Shown here piece by piece: positions 9,817-20,018 of a stretch of 64,000 nt of DNA. The position numbers were made by a program, and so were the translations under genes. Numbering within the stretch: the first letter of the stretch is position 1; every line of letters begins with the position of its first letter. Under the pieces are notes generated by a model, which was not told the DNA's origin, made no database searches, and saw nothing but the letters and a program-made list of their open reading frames with translations. Source of the DNA: Candidatus Latescibacterota bacterium (GTDB taxonomy: Bacteria; Latescibacterota; UBA2968; UBA8231); contig OZ253462.1 in the NCBI GenBank assembly GCA_965261395.1, positions 3,328,001-3,392,000 on the forward strand, in the 5' to 3' direction.

Positions 9817-11447
9817 CCCTGCTTACCGCGCTCTGCGTCGCGCTTTTAGTAGCCTGCGACGACGCGACGACGCCCAAGCCTGCGCCCGCACACTTTGCCG
9901 AAGTGGCCGCCGCTTCTGGCCTCCACTTTGAGATGCGCTCCGGCGGGCAGGTCAAAAACTACATCCTCGAATCCAAGGGCGGCGGCGGTGCTTTCCTCGA
10001 CTACGACGGCGATGGCTGGCTCGACATCTACCTCGTCAATGGTGCCCAGCTCGGGGGCACGGCTCCCCCCAACGCCCTCTATCGCAACCAAGGCCATGGC
10101 GCGTTTGACGACCGCACGCAAGCGGCCGGCGTCGGCGATGACCAGTGGGGCATGGGCTGCGCCGTGGGCGACTACGACAACGACGGTGCGAGCGACCTCT
10201 ACGTGACCAACTACGGCCCCAACGCCCTCTATCACAACGAAAGCGGTGGCACCTTCCGCGAGGTAGGCCAAGCGGCTGGCGTCGATCTAGCCGGTTGGAG
10301 CACCAGCGCGACCTTCGGCGACTATGACCGCGACGGCGACCTCGACCTCTACGTGGCCCAGTACCTACAATTTGCGGCCGAGCACGTGCCGCCTCGGGGC
10401 GGGATGTGGAAGGGGGTTCTAGTGTTCGCCGGCCCACTCGGCCTCATCGGCGCACAAGACGCCCTTTACCGCAACGAGGGCGCCGGCACCTTTCGCAATG
10501 TTACCGGCCAAGCCCATGTCGAACAAGCAGAGCCGACCTACGGACTTGCCGCGCTCTTTTGCGATTACGACCGCGACGGCGACCCAGACCTCTACGTGGC
10601 CAACGACTCCGCGCCCAACTTCCTCTACCACAACGAGGGCGGCACCTTCCGCGACATTGGCATTGCGGCAGGTGTGGCCCTCAGCGCCGAGGGGGTAGCC
10701 CAGGCCGGCATGGGCATTGCCTATGGGGATTACGACCGCGACGGATTTGGGGATTTTCTGGTGACCCATTTTGAGGACGATTACAACACCCTCTACCGCA
10801 ATCGCCGCGACGGTACCTTTGCCGTGGCCAGCGCTGCGGCCGGCCTCGCCGAGCCGAGCCTGCCCCACTTGGCCTTTGGCACGTGCTTTCTCGATTACGA
10901 CAACGACCAAGACCTCTTCGTCGCCAACGGACACGTCTATCCCCAAATACGACACTTGAACCCGGACGGGTACGCCGAACCCAACCAGCTCTTCGCCAAC
11001 GAGGGACCGGCCGCGGCCTACCGATTCTCCTCGGTTTCAGCCGGGGATTTGGGCCACCCTGCGGTCAGCCGTGGTGCGGCCAAAGGAGATTGCGACAACG
11101 ATGGGGACGTGGATCTGTTGGTGTTCAATCTCGACGGCCCACCGTCTCTGCTGCGCAACGACAGCGGCAACCAACTCAACTGGCTGAGCCTGCGGTTGGT
11201 CGGCACCGCGTCCAACCGCGATGGCATTGGGGCGCGGGTCGCCGTGGTCAGTGGCGGGGTCGAACAGATCGCCGAGCGGATCAGCGGTGGCAGCTTTCTC
11301 TCGCACAGCGACGGGCGCGTCCACTTCGGCTTAGGCACGAACACCACGGCCGAGCGAATCGAAATCTACTGGCCTTCGGGCCGCGTCCAGCGCTTAGAGG
11401 ATGTGGCCGCTAATCAGTTCTTGGTAGTAGAAGAGCCGGAGCGTTAG
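9813..11447 (+). CDS. CRTAC1-family lipoprotein (FG-GAP/VCBS repeats plus ASPIC/UnbV)
   Basis: Lipobox LLVAC; repeated DYDxDGxxDLYV; C-terminal NRDGIGA..HFGLG..WPSG. Confidence 0.92.
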   Translation: MTLLTALCVALLVACDDATTPKPAPAHFAEVAAASGLHFEMRSGGQVKNYILESKGGGGAFLDYDGDGWLDIYLVNGAQLGGTAPPNALYRNQGHGAFDDRTQAAGVGDDQWGMGCAVGDYDNDGASDLYVTNYGPNALYHNESGGTFREVGQAAGVDLAGWSTSATFGDYDRDGDLDLYVAQYLQFAAEHVPPRGGMWKGVLVFAGPLGLIGAQDALYRNEGAGTFRNVTGQAHVEQAEPTYGLAALFCDYDRDGDPDLYVANDSAPNFLYHNEGGTFRDIGIAAGVALSAEGVAQAGMGIAYGDYDRDGFGDFLVTHFEDDYNTLYRNRRDGTFAVASAAAGLAEPSLPHLAFGTCFLDYDNDQDLFVANGHVYPQIRHLNPDGYAEPNQLFANEGPAAAYRFSSVSAGDLGHPAVSRGAAKGDCDNDGDVDLLVFNLDGPPSLLRNDSGNQLNWLSLRLVGTASNRDGIGARVAVVSGGVEQIAERISGGSFLSHSDGRVHFGLGTNTTAERIEIYWPSGRVQRLEDVAANQFLVVEEPER

Positions 11448-11465
11448 CGCGAAGTGTCCCGCTCC

Positions 11466-13376
11466 CTATTCCTCGCGGATCACCAACCGATCATTCGTTG
11501 CGATAGGGCCGGGAACGATCTGGGTGTGGCCGGAGGGCCAGCGCACTTCGATAGCATCCACCACCTCGGCATCGTCTAGACCGAAGTACAGCGGCAATGC
11601 GCTCTGCGAGAGGTAGCCCGACTTGCCGTCGCGCACTCGGGTGTAGGTGTGTGCGCCAGCCTTCACTTGCACGATCGCGCCCAGACCGTCGCGGTTTGAG
11701 CGGACCCCTTGCAAGTCAATTTTGAGAAAGCGAAGGGCCTTTTTGTCACTCAGGTCGCTGATCAATACTTGGGGTGGGCCATTGAATTCGTTGGTAACGA
11801 TGTCCAAGTCGCCGTCGCCGTCGAGGTCGAAGATCGCCGAAGAACGCGAACCCTGTGCCCCCCAGACCTCGACCTGGCCCTCCTGACCCGCACAGCGGAT
11901 ATGCCCGCGGTCCACCCCAGTGCAGTCGAGCACAAACCAAGGTTTGGCCGTCTGGCGGCGCGGCTCAACCCCCAAGACGAATTCCGCGGCGAGGAAGGTT
12001 TGCCCGCGGTCGTTCAACAGCAGGGAATTGATACCGTAGCGGAAGGGATAATTCATACTCGCAGTGATGAACACATCTTCATAGCCATCGGCATTGAGAT
12101 CGCCAACGCTAAGCCCCCACGGCCAATAGTTTTCAACACCAATCTGATCGGATATCTCACTGAAGTGCCCCCCGCCCAAATTGCGGTAGAACGCATTGCC
12201 GAAGATGCTGTGCCCGTCGCTTACGAGAAAATCCTCGGGGTACTGCATATCCGCTTTTAGCTTCTCCTGTTCCGGCCCAATATCCTCGCTCATATCCGAG
12301 TGCATATCGGTGATGAGCATGTCGATACGACCATCGTTGTCGTAGTCGAACCCCTTAACTCCCATGGACCCCCAAGGGGTACGAGGGAACAGGTCGCGGC
12401 TTTTGTCAGTGAAGTATTGGCCCTCAGTATTCTCATAGTAGTGGTCATGGCCCTGCATGTTCAGGACGTAGAGATCGACCCACCCATCCTCGTTGGCGTC
12501 TATGGCACAGGCCTCGCCGGACCAGCTAGTATCTTGCAGACGCGTTTGGGCGGATACATCGACAAAGCGATTGTCGCCCGCGTTTTTGAACAGGATGCTT
12601 TGTTCAAATCGCTCGGGTTTGAGGTGGCCAGCAAAGGCGTCCTCTAGGCCGATGTAGTACTCGTATGCGATCGCGTGCTGCGGGTCGGAGTTGTAGGTGG
12701 TTGCCGGGGTGGCCACCTCAGTAGTGTAGTTGCCGACGTTGGCGAGGAATCCATCGAGCAAGCCGTCATTGTCGTAGTCGAAGAACAAGGCCGCGGAGGA
12801 GTGCCCCTTGTAATTGAGACCGGATGGGGCGGAAATATCCTCGAATTTGCCCGTGCCATCGTTGGCAAACAAGCGGTTGCCATCGCGGAGGACCGTGGCG
12901 TAGAGGTCTGGATCGCCGTCGTTGTCTAGATCGGCGAACGAGGCGGTAACGCCGATCGGGGCAGCTACTCCGACGCCGGCGGCTGTCGTAATATCCTCGA
13001 ATTTGCCGTCGCCCAAGTTGCGCCATAGCTCGTTAGTTCCGGCCTGCGTCGCAAGGTACAGGTCGTGCCAACCGTCGCCATCCACATCGGCAACGGCGAT
13101 GCCATTGCCGTGATCGTAGTGAATCGGCAGCCAGTGTTTGCCCGACTCCTCGGTAATCTGGTTGTGGAAGTGAATACCGCTTTGTTCAAGCTGGTCGAAA
13201 AAAGAGAACTGGTGAAATATGTCGAACTGTTCCGCCGCGGCGAGTTGCCCTGCCCTACGGTCTTCTATCCAAGGCGGGGCAAAGATCGCGGGAGGAACGT
13301 ACAAGGGCTTGAGGCTCTGCGCCTCGGCCACGGCCACGCCGTAGAAGGCAGCCATCAGTAATAGGAGTCGGTTCAT
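11466..13376 (-). CDS. CRTAC1-family secreted protein (FG-GAP plus ASPIC/UnbV)
   Basis: Signal peptide; DxDxDG repeats; NRDGLGA..YLSQ..FGL..WPSG. Confidence 0.92.
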   Translation of the reverse strand: MNRLLLLMAAFYGVAVAEAQSLKPLYVPPAIFAPPWIEDRRAGQLAAAEQFDIFHQFSFFDQLEQSGIHFHNQITEESGKHWLPIHYDHGNGIAVADVDGDGWHDLYLATQAGTNELWRNLGDGKFEDITTAAGVGVAAPIGVTASFADLDNDGDPDLYATVLRDGNRLFANDGTGKFEDISAPSGLNYKGHSSAALFFDYDNDGLLDGFLANVGNYTTEVATPATTYNSDPQHAIAYEYYIGLEDAFAGHLKPERFEQSILFKNAGDNRFVDVSAQTRLQDTSWSGEACAIDANEDGWVDLYVLNMQGHDHYYENTEGQYFTDKSRDLFPRTPWGSMGVKGFDYDNDGRIDMLITDMHSDMSEDIGPEQEKLKADMQYPEDFLVSDGHSIFGNAFYRNLGGGHFSEISDQIGVENYWPWGLSVGDLNADGYEDVFITASMNYPFRYGINSLLLNDRGQTFLAAEFVLGVEPRRQTAKPWFVLDCTGVDRGHIRCAGQEGQVEVWGAQGSRSSAIFDLDGDGDLDIVTNEFNGPPQVLISDLSDKKALRFLKIDLQGVRSNRDGLGAIVQVKAGAHTYTRVRDGKSGYLSQSALPLYFGLDDAEVVDAIEVRWPSGHTQIVPGPIATNDRLVIREE

Positions 13377-15049
13377 TGTCTCTCTAATTGTGCTAGTTGT
13401 TCCCGCGCCTTGGCGTGGTTGGGGTTGTATTCCAGTACTTTTTCAAAGGCGCGTCGGGCGAGGTCTGCGCGGCCAAGACGCATCGACAACTGCCCCGCGC
13501 TGTAGCGAGCCTGCACATCGCTGGGCTCGATTTCAATACACGTCTGGAAACTGTGTGCCGCCTTGCGGTGCTCGCCCAACTGCACGTACACCTGACCCAA
13601 GAAATAGTGGCTGTCGCGGTGGTCCGGATCAATGGCCAAGGAGCGGTGGAAGGCGGCTACTGCCGCGGGCAAATCGCCGGCTTGGTATGCCGCCTTGCCC
13701 TGGCCGTAGTGCGCCCGCACGGAAGTAGAGTCCAAGTCCAGCGCCCGGGCAAAAAACGAGCGCGCCGAGTCCGGGCGACCAGCGGATGCGTGGGCTTCGC
13801 CCAAAAGACAATGTGCTTCCACATTGTGCGGGTCAAGGGCAATGGCTCGCTCTAAAGCCGAGATGCCTGCTGCCGGCGCGTTCTGGTACAGGCGGACCAT
13901 CGCCAAGCGGATATGCGCCTGCACGTAGGACGAATCAATTTCGATGGCGCGCGCCAGCAGAGCAGCAGCGCGGTCCCAGTAGCGCTGGTTGGCGTTTCTG
14001 ATGCCCTGCTTATAGTGCCGCTCGGCTGCACTTAGGCGCTGGAACGCGGTCGCAGCAGCCTCCGCCTCCGCCTGTTGCCCCACCTGCGCGTAGGCCTGGC
14101 TCAACAGGTAGTAAGTTCGGGGGTTCGACGAGTCTAAGTGGAGTACCTGTTCGAGAGCGGCAACGGCTTTGGTAGGCCGCTGTTGTTTAGTATGTATCCC
14201 GGCCAAGCCAATGAGAGACCCCACGTGCTCCGGCTGGAGGACCAAGACGCCTTTGAAACCGGCGGCGGCGGCTTCTAAATCACCGCTGCGGACCAGCAGG
14301 TCGCTGCGTCGGTACAGGGCCTCGGCGTGGTCTGGCTGGAGCGCGAGGGCCGCGTCGTAAGCGGCCAACGCTTGAGCAAAAGACGCCAAGGACCGGTGCG
14401 CTTCCCCCAAGCGAAAGTAGTAATGGGAATGGTCCGCTCTCAGGGCGATGGCCTGCTGAAGACAGGCGGCTGCGTCCCCGTAGCGATGATCTAGCTGGAG
14501 GGCTGTGCCGAGCGCGTAGTGAAAATCGGCCCTGTCTGGGGCGAGGGCCACGGCGCGTTCAAAGGCAGGTACGGCATGTCCGTTTTCGTCTAGGCGGGCA
14601 TGAGCCAGCCCAATGTAGAAGTAGGTCTGCGCCAGCCTAGGGGCATAGGTGGTCGCCTCGGTGAGAACGGTCAGTGCCCGGCGCAGGCGGCCCTGCTTGA
14701 GGAAGGCCCCGCCGCGCTGGCTCAACAGCGCACCCCGCTGCTGGTTTTTCCGCTGAATCAGCGAGTCTGGCAGGGCGCGTTCCAGATGTTGTCGATAAAC
14801 CTGGACCTGAATGGTATCGAGGCTCTGGTTATCTGCCGCTAGGAGGTAGCGATCGATGAGCAGCTGGAGGTACTGGCGCTTGTCCACCGCCTCACTAGGC
14901 TGTCCGGCCGGGAGCTGCTCGACGAAGGCACGCAAGTGCTGGGCCGTAATCTGGTGTGGCCCGACCTCGGCGACGACCGGGTCTTCGGCGGCGATACAGG
15001 CTGACGTTAGATACGCCAAAACGCAGCCTAGCAGCCGCGAACATCGCAC
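13373..15049 (-). CDS. Secreted TPR protein with short SurA_N-like N-terminal segment
   Basis: About a dozen TPR units (e.g. A..LAPD.A..HY.LG); GTG start 15049 inferred from a signal-like stretch. Confidence 0.8.
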   Translation of the reverse strand: MRCSRLLGCVLAYLTSACIAAEDPVVAEVGPHQITAQHLRAFVEQLPAGQPSEAVDKRQYLQLLIDRYLLAADNQSLDTIQVQVYRQHLERALPDSLIQRKNQQRGALLSQRGGAFLKQGRLRRALTVLTEATTYAPRLAQTYFYIGLAHARLDENGHAVPAFERAVALAPDRADFHYALGTALQLDHRYGDAAACLQQAIALRADHSHYYFRLGEAHRSLASFAQALAAYDAALALQPDHAEALYRRSDLLVRSGDLEAAAAGFKGVLVLQPEHVGSLIGLAGIHTKQQRPTKAVAALEQVLHLDSSNPRTYYLLSQAYAQVGQQAEAEAAATAFQRLSAAERHYKQGIRNANQRYWDRAAALLARAIEIDSSYVQAHIRLAMVRLYQNAPAAGISALERAIALDPHNVEAHCLLGEAHASAGRPDSARSFFARALDLDSTSVRAHYGQGKAAYQAGDLPAAVAAFHRSLAIDPDHRDSHYFLGQVYVQLGEHRKAAHSFQTCIEIEPSDVQARYSAGQLSMRLGRADLARRAFEKVLEYNPNHAKAREQLAQLERQ

Positions 15050-15096
15050 GAAATTTTTCTGTTCAAAGTGGGCGACCAAGGGAAGGGGGCAACGAA

Positions 15097-17226
15097 TTAG
15101 TAAATGAGTGAAATAGTGCCGATTCGATTCTCCGATTCTTCGTCGGTGTCCAGCGAGATGCGGTATATGTAATGGCCCGGCGGCACCTGTTGGCCTTGGT
15201 CGTTTCGGCCATCCCACACCGGCACATTGACCTCTTGGTCGAACACGCCGCGGATCACGCCTTGCCGCTCGAGTTGGCGCACGCGCAGGCCGGCCAAGTC
15301 GTAGATATCGATAGTTAGCAGACGCTGTACCGATATATCGTGTAGCTGGAAGCGAAACTCGGCTGCGTCATTAACGCCGTCGCCGTTAGGAGTGAATGGG
15401 TTGGGTGCTAGGTGAACTTGCTCTAGAGGGTTCGCGCCCAGCTTGTCGGTCCGCACCCCCAGAGAGTTGCCCGGAAAGTCGATATTGGCATCTCCTGGGT
15501 TGATTAGCTGTTTGACGCCCGCGCCCGTGCTGTCGAAGACCCAGCCTTGAAATTGGGTTCCATAGCGCACCACGTGGGCGGCGAATTCTACCTCAATGAG
15601 CTTGAACGTGTCGTCCGTACCCACCAGCTTGGGCAGGGCCACGACGATGCGGTCGTCGAAAATCTCGACCGGAAAGTCGCTGCCCAAGGCGACGCCATCG
15701 ACGCGCACGGCATGCACGGCCTCGGCGCGGGTCAGCGTGAAAATTTCCAGCCGATCAAAGCCCGTGTCGCTTGGAGCAAAAGTTGGGCGCACGCTATAGG
15801 TGAAGGTCGTGCTCTCGCTGCGCGAGACGTCCTGCGGCCAAATCTCCCCGACAACCTCTAAGGCGGCTGGCGGCGCGAACTGGATCTCTAGTTCGCGCAG
15901 TGCACCGGCCTGGTGCAGGCTCGACAGGAAGATGACCTGGATTTGCAAATAGCGCTCGGGGCCGGGCGAGAGGATTGGGGTGCCGTCCGCCCACTCTACC
16001 GCCTCTGCGGTAGAATCGCGCTGACCGGCCGTCAGCGCGTAGGGGGCCGACCAGAAGCTCCAGTTTTCTTCGTCGAGGGTCGTAAAGCGCACAGACAAAT
16101 CAGCGCGTTCAAACTCCTTGCGGATTAGCTGCGTCGGCTCGCCCTCTATGTTGCTCGGCACCCAGTACAAATTGGGATCTGGGTCGCGGCCCGAGCGCGT
16201 GCGGATAATCACATTAGACCCCTCCTCAAACGCGCCGTCCCAACGGATCTTGCCCCACGCCATGGGTGTGCCAAAGTCGAGCACGGCCGTGGTGTACACG
16301 GCGCGTCCGACAAAGCCCTCGCCAAAGATCTCAAATTCGGCGATCTCCCAGTTTTCAATCGGGTTGAGCGGACGCACGGCCACCCACTGGAACTGCTGGG
16401 TTGGGAAGCGGATATCGACTATTGGGTCCAAATTTTCGGTTTCCTTGCCCAAGGTAATCAGCCGCGAGTCGTTGGGCGGGTCCACGCGACGGCTGCTTAT
16501 CGAGGCGAACCAGCGGTTCGCGGAGGTGCTCAAATAGCAATGGGGAGCAAAGTTGTTGAAGCTATTGGCCGCCGAGATCTCGTACCAAGGCAGGAAATTC
16601 TCGGTGAAATCCTCCTCGGCCAAGCCTTCCTTGGCCAGTCGCGGCTCCCCCATCAGCGCGAGCAGCTCGTCGATTTTGGGGTTGGCGGTGCCCAACCGCG
16701 GGTAGAAGCGGATCCGATTGATAGGGTAGTTGACGCCCAACTCGACAATCGAATTCTGGACGTACAACCGGCTCTGGATCCCGCTGCTTGCGCTGGTGCT
16801 GACGTTGAAAAACGCCGCCGTGTTGGGGTCGCCGTCGAACATGGGGGCAACCTGCACCAATTGGGTGGAGATGTCGCTGCAGCTCCCGCTGGTGGTGATG
16901 TTGTTAGAAATGCCACGGGCAATGCGGGTGCGGACCTCGGGGTGCGCCAAGTTCAAATCCGGCGGCACGAAAAACGGGCGCATCCACAGCCCATCGTCCG
17001 CATCGACGATCTCGTTGAGCGTATCTTCCCAAGTGGCATAGGCGATATTGGAAGCCACCGGCTGCATCTCAAGCAGCGCGCCTGCACTGTCGAGCACCGC
17101 GTAGTGGCCCGGCTCAAAGGACAGGGCCGCCGTCCAAGCATTGCCATCCTCGCCGAGTTTATACGAGTTGAAAGCGAGGGCCGGTGAGACGACCAGCACG
17201 CCGAGCAAAAGACCAACAAAGAGCAT
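15097..17226 (-). CDS. Secreted protein with C-terminal NPFTPNGDG/FlgD-Ig domain (paralog A)
   Basis: Signal peptide MLFVGLLLG..ALA; PNPFTPNGDGVND, IYDLAG..VR, WDGRN..G..VPPG.Y motifs. Confidence 0.85.
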   Translation of the reverse strand: MLFVGLLLGVLVVSPALAFNSYKLGEDGNAWTAALSFEPGHYAVLDSAGALLEMQPVASNIAYATWEDTLNEIVDADDGLWMRPFFVPPDLNLAHPEVRTRIARGISNNITTSGSCSDISTQLVQVAPMFDGDPNTAAFFNVSTSASSGIQSRLYVQNSIVELGVNYPINRIRFYPRLGTANPKIDELLALMGEPRLAKEGLAEEDFTENFLPWYEISAANSFNNFAPHCYLSTSANRWFASISSRRVDPPNDSRLITLGKETENLDPIVDIRFPTQQFQWVAVRPLNPIENWEIAEFEIFGEGFVGRAVYTTAVLDFGTPMAWGKIRWDGAFEEGSNVIIRTRSGRDPDPNLYWVPSNIEGEPTQLIRKEFERADLSVRFTTLDEENWSFWSAPYALTAGQRDSTAEAVEWADGTPILSPGPERYLQIQVIFLSSLHQAGALRELEIQFAPPAALEVVGEIWPQDVSRSESTTFTYSVRPTFAPSDTGFDRLEIFTLTRAEAVHAVRVDGVALGSDFPVEIFDDRIVVALPKLVGTDDTFKLIEVEFAAHVVRYGTQFQGWVFDSTGAGVKQLINPGDANIDFPGNSLGVRTDKLGANPLEQVHLAPNPFTPNGDGVNDAAEFRFQLHDISVQRLLTIDIYDLAGLRVRQLERQGVIRGVFDQEVNVPVWDGRNDQGQQVPPGHYIYRISLDTDEESENRIGTISLIY

Positions 17227-17347
17227 GTCCCGACCTCGATTTTTAGGGAGTGGAGGGCGTGAATGCAACATAGTAAAAAAAAACCCGCTATGCACTCTTT
17301 TGGCTAGGTTCTATATTAGCACATTCATTCCTAACAGGCAGGGTTTT

Positions 17348-20011
17348 ATGGGTTATCGGCTCATGTTGGGCATTCTCTGGGGGGCGCTAACGCTCGCCAC
17401 CGACCTGCTAGCACTCGATACCCTGCGGGTGGGCAACAACGGCAACGTCTCTTGGGCTGGACAGACCTTCGGCACCGCCGTGCAGACGCTCCCCGCCGAA
17501 TACAAGGTCAGCCGGTTCTCGACCGAGGTCGGCAATGTACCGGGCGACGTCATCGACCTGTCCAACCTAGTAGTGGTAAGCCCCCAAGTACTGGTCAAAA
17601 CCCTCATCCAAGCGCCGCCCGAACTGCTCGCCGGCGAGCTCGCCCTAGCCGAAGAAAAGCTGCTAGACGCGGTCTCATCCCTGCCGGGGGCGACGGCGAT
17701 CACGCCTTCCCAGCGCGAGGGACTCTCTCTGATTCACCTTGATTTTGCGGACGACATTCCCCTCGACGAGGCCGTGGCGCAGGTGGCTGCCGCCCTAGAT
17801 CCGGTGCGTTCCGCAGGCGTTGATCCACTCATCCTGCCGGTCTTGTTAAGCCCGGATCACGTCGTCCGTGGCGAGAACGTGGCCCAGCGCGCTCTCGGGT
17901 GGGGCGGCGGCATTACGGCACCGGCCATCAAGGACGTGCCCGCATCTGCGCTGGAGGCGACCTTGCTGGAGCTAATCGAGCCGGGCGGGGCCGAAGACGC
18001 GTTCGCCCGCAAGGGGGCCTTCGGGGCCTTGGGCACCTTTATCGTCCTCGATCTCGGCAGCCCCATTGGCATCAACCGCATCCGCTTCTATCCGCGCAAC
18101 ACCGTGCAGAGCGCGCCCCAGTACCCCTTTCAGACGGATTTTATCCGCCAGTTCGAGCTGCTCGCCCACGACGGGCAAGACCTCGTCTTAGACGGCACCG
18201 GACGCTTCGTGCCCCAGCTCGACGACTTCGAGCTGCTGCTGAGGACCACGACCAACGAAGAGTCGGTAGTGGAAGTGGTGATCGAACCCGCCCAGACCGC
18301 GCGCTTTGTGCGGCTCAAATCCACATCTTCCTTCCCCTATGAAATCGACGAGTTTGAGGTCTTCGGCGAGGGCTTTATCGGCACTAGCCGCTACATCTCC
18401 CACGTGTACGACTTGGGCGCACCCGCCACTTGGGGCCACATAAGCTGGCGGGAAAAAACCGTGGATTTGCGCACCCGCAGCAATCCGACCGACTCCACAC
18501 CCCAAGCCAGCACCTGCCAAGTCAAATCCGCGGTATTCACCACGCCCGACGCCATCCCAAGCGACTACGGCGATTGCACTCCAACGGCGCGTTTTACCGC
18601 GGACCAAGGCTACACCAACGTGTACGAGTGCTTCCAGACCCACTGCGGCGAGACCGTGCTGCCGGGCCGCCAGCAAAGCACGGAGCCAACAGCCAGTGAA
18701 CCCTCGCGCCTGTCAGGGCATACCAGTGGCGTCTCTGAGATCATCGTCCGCACCCGCACGGGCACCGACCCGACCCCAGTGCTCTACAAGCGCGGCAACG
18801 TGCAGCGCGTGTCGGACGACCAGCTTTCCTCCTCCATAGACCATCCGGGCGACCAGCTCGCGCGCGACGAATATCTCGATCTCGTGCCCGATCTCGAAGC
18901 CGTGCCCCCGCAGGTTTGGGGCAAGGGGGCAATCGAAGAGGATCTGCAAAACTGGAGCCCTTGGTCGTCGCCCCACCAAGGCGGCACGCCGGTTTTGTCG
19001 CCGGGGCCGCGTCGCTACATCCAGTTTTCCGTCGATTTCCTCAACAGCGAAATCAACGCGACGAAGGCGTTGGAGCAGCTATCCATCGAATACTTGCTGC
19101 CACCGATTGCCGAGGAACTCGTCGCCGAGATCTTCCCGCGGGAGGTGGAGGTCTTTGAATCGGTGGATTTCACGTATGCAGTGCGCGCCAAAATGGAGTT
19201 CGGCGGGGTCAAGGGGTTCGACACCTTTGAGCTGCTAACCTCCAGCCGAGTGCTGGGCATCGACAAGATCGAGATATGGGAACTGCCCGACCGCTTAGTC
19301 GCCGAGCAGGCCCTAAACGCCGACATCGTAACTGCTCCCAATGGCCTGTCCGCAGTCCAGACGCCCGACGGCACCCAACACGCCTTACCCTATACCGTAG
19401 AGTCCGCAGACGGCGGCTCCTTTGTCATTCAAGCGGTAACCGAGCGCAACGCGATCGTGCGCTTTCCCCAAATCATCCGACCACCCGACGGCGGCCAGAT
19501 GCTGCTGAAAATCAAGTTCCGCGGGCGCGTGCTGCTATACAGCACCTTGTTCCGCGGACAGGCCGTGCTTTCGTCGCAGGCCGGCAGCATCCAGCGCATC
19601 TCCGCGGGCAACGCCGACTTCTTAGGCGAAGGCGACCTACCCACGGCCTCTGGCATTACCGTGTTAAGCCCAGACATTAACAAAGGCGACCTGTTTGGCT
19701 CCTTTGCCATCGAGCCGGGTGTATTCACCCCCAACGGCGACGACATCAACGACGCCGTGACCATCGGCTACGACATCCTCGCGGTGACTCGACCAACCGC
19801 TGTAGCAGTGCACGTCTTCGACCTGTCTGGCCGCCTCGTAAAGCCACTCTACTCAGGGACAGATCTGAGCGGCCATTACGACGGCCTGTCTTGGGATGGC
19901 CGCGACGCCGACGGCAACCGGGTGCCACCGGGGCTGTACTTGGTGTCGCTTGCCGTAGATGGCGATGCGCGTCGGACGCGCAGGGTGCACACGGTAGGTG
20001 TGGCGTATTGA
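17348..20011 (+). CDS. Secreted protein with C-terminal FTPNGD/FlgD-Ig domain (paralog B)
   Basis: Signal peptide; RIRFYPR, FGEGF, RTRTG, WSPWS, SPGPRRY, FTPNGDDIND and WDGRD motifs. Confidence 0.85.
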   Translation: MGYRLMLGILWGALTLATDLLALDTLRVGNNGNVSWAGQTFGTAVQTLPAEYKVSRFSTEVGNVPGDVIDLSNLVVVSPQVLVKTLIQAPPELLAGELALAEEKLLDAVSSLPGATAITPSQREGLSLIHLDFADDIPLDEAVAQVAAALDPVRSAGVDPLILPVLLSPDHVVRGENVAQRALGWGGGITAPAIKDVPASALEATLLELIEPGGAEDAFARKGAFGALGTFIVLDLGSPIGINRIRFYPRNTVQSAPQYPFQTDFIRQFELLAHDGQDLVLDGTGRFVPQLDDFELLLRTTTNEESVVEVVIEPAQTARFVRLKSTSSFPYEIDEFEVFGEGFIGTSRYISHVYDLGAPATWGHISWREKTVDLRTRSNPTDSTPQASTCQVKSAVFTTPDAIPSDYGDCTPTARFTADQGYTNVYECFQTHCGETVLPGRQQSTEPTASEPSRLSGHTSGVSEIIVRTRTGTDPTPVLYKRGNVQRVSDDQLSSSIDHPGDQLARDEYLDLVPDLEAVPPQVWGKGAIEEDLQNWSPWSSPHQGGTPVLSPGPRRYIQFSVDFLNSEINATKALEQLSIEYLLPPIAEELVAEIFPREVEVFESVDFTYAVRAKMEFGGVKGFDTFELLTSSRVLGIDKIEIWELPDRLVAEQALNADIVTAPNGLSAVQTPDGTQHALPYTVESADGGSFVIQAVTERNAIVRFPQIIRPPDGGQMLLKIKFRGRVLLYSTLFRGQAVLSSQAGSIQRISAGNADFLGEGDLPTASGITVLSPDINKGDLFGSFAIEPGVFTPNGDDINDAVTIGYDILAVTRPTAVAVHVFDLSGRLVKPLYSGTDLSGHYDGLSWDGRDADGNRVPPGLYLVSLAVDGDARRTRRVHTVGVAY

Positions 20012-20018
20012 GGGGAGG

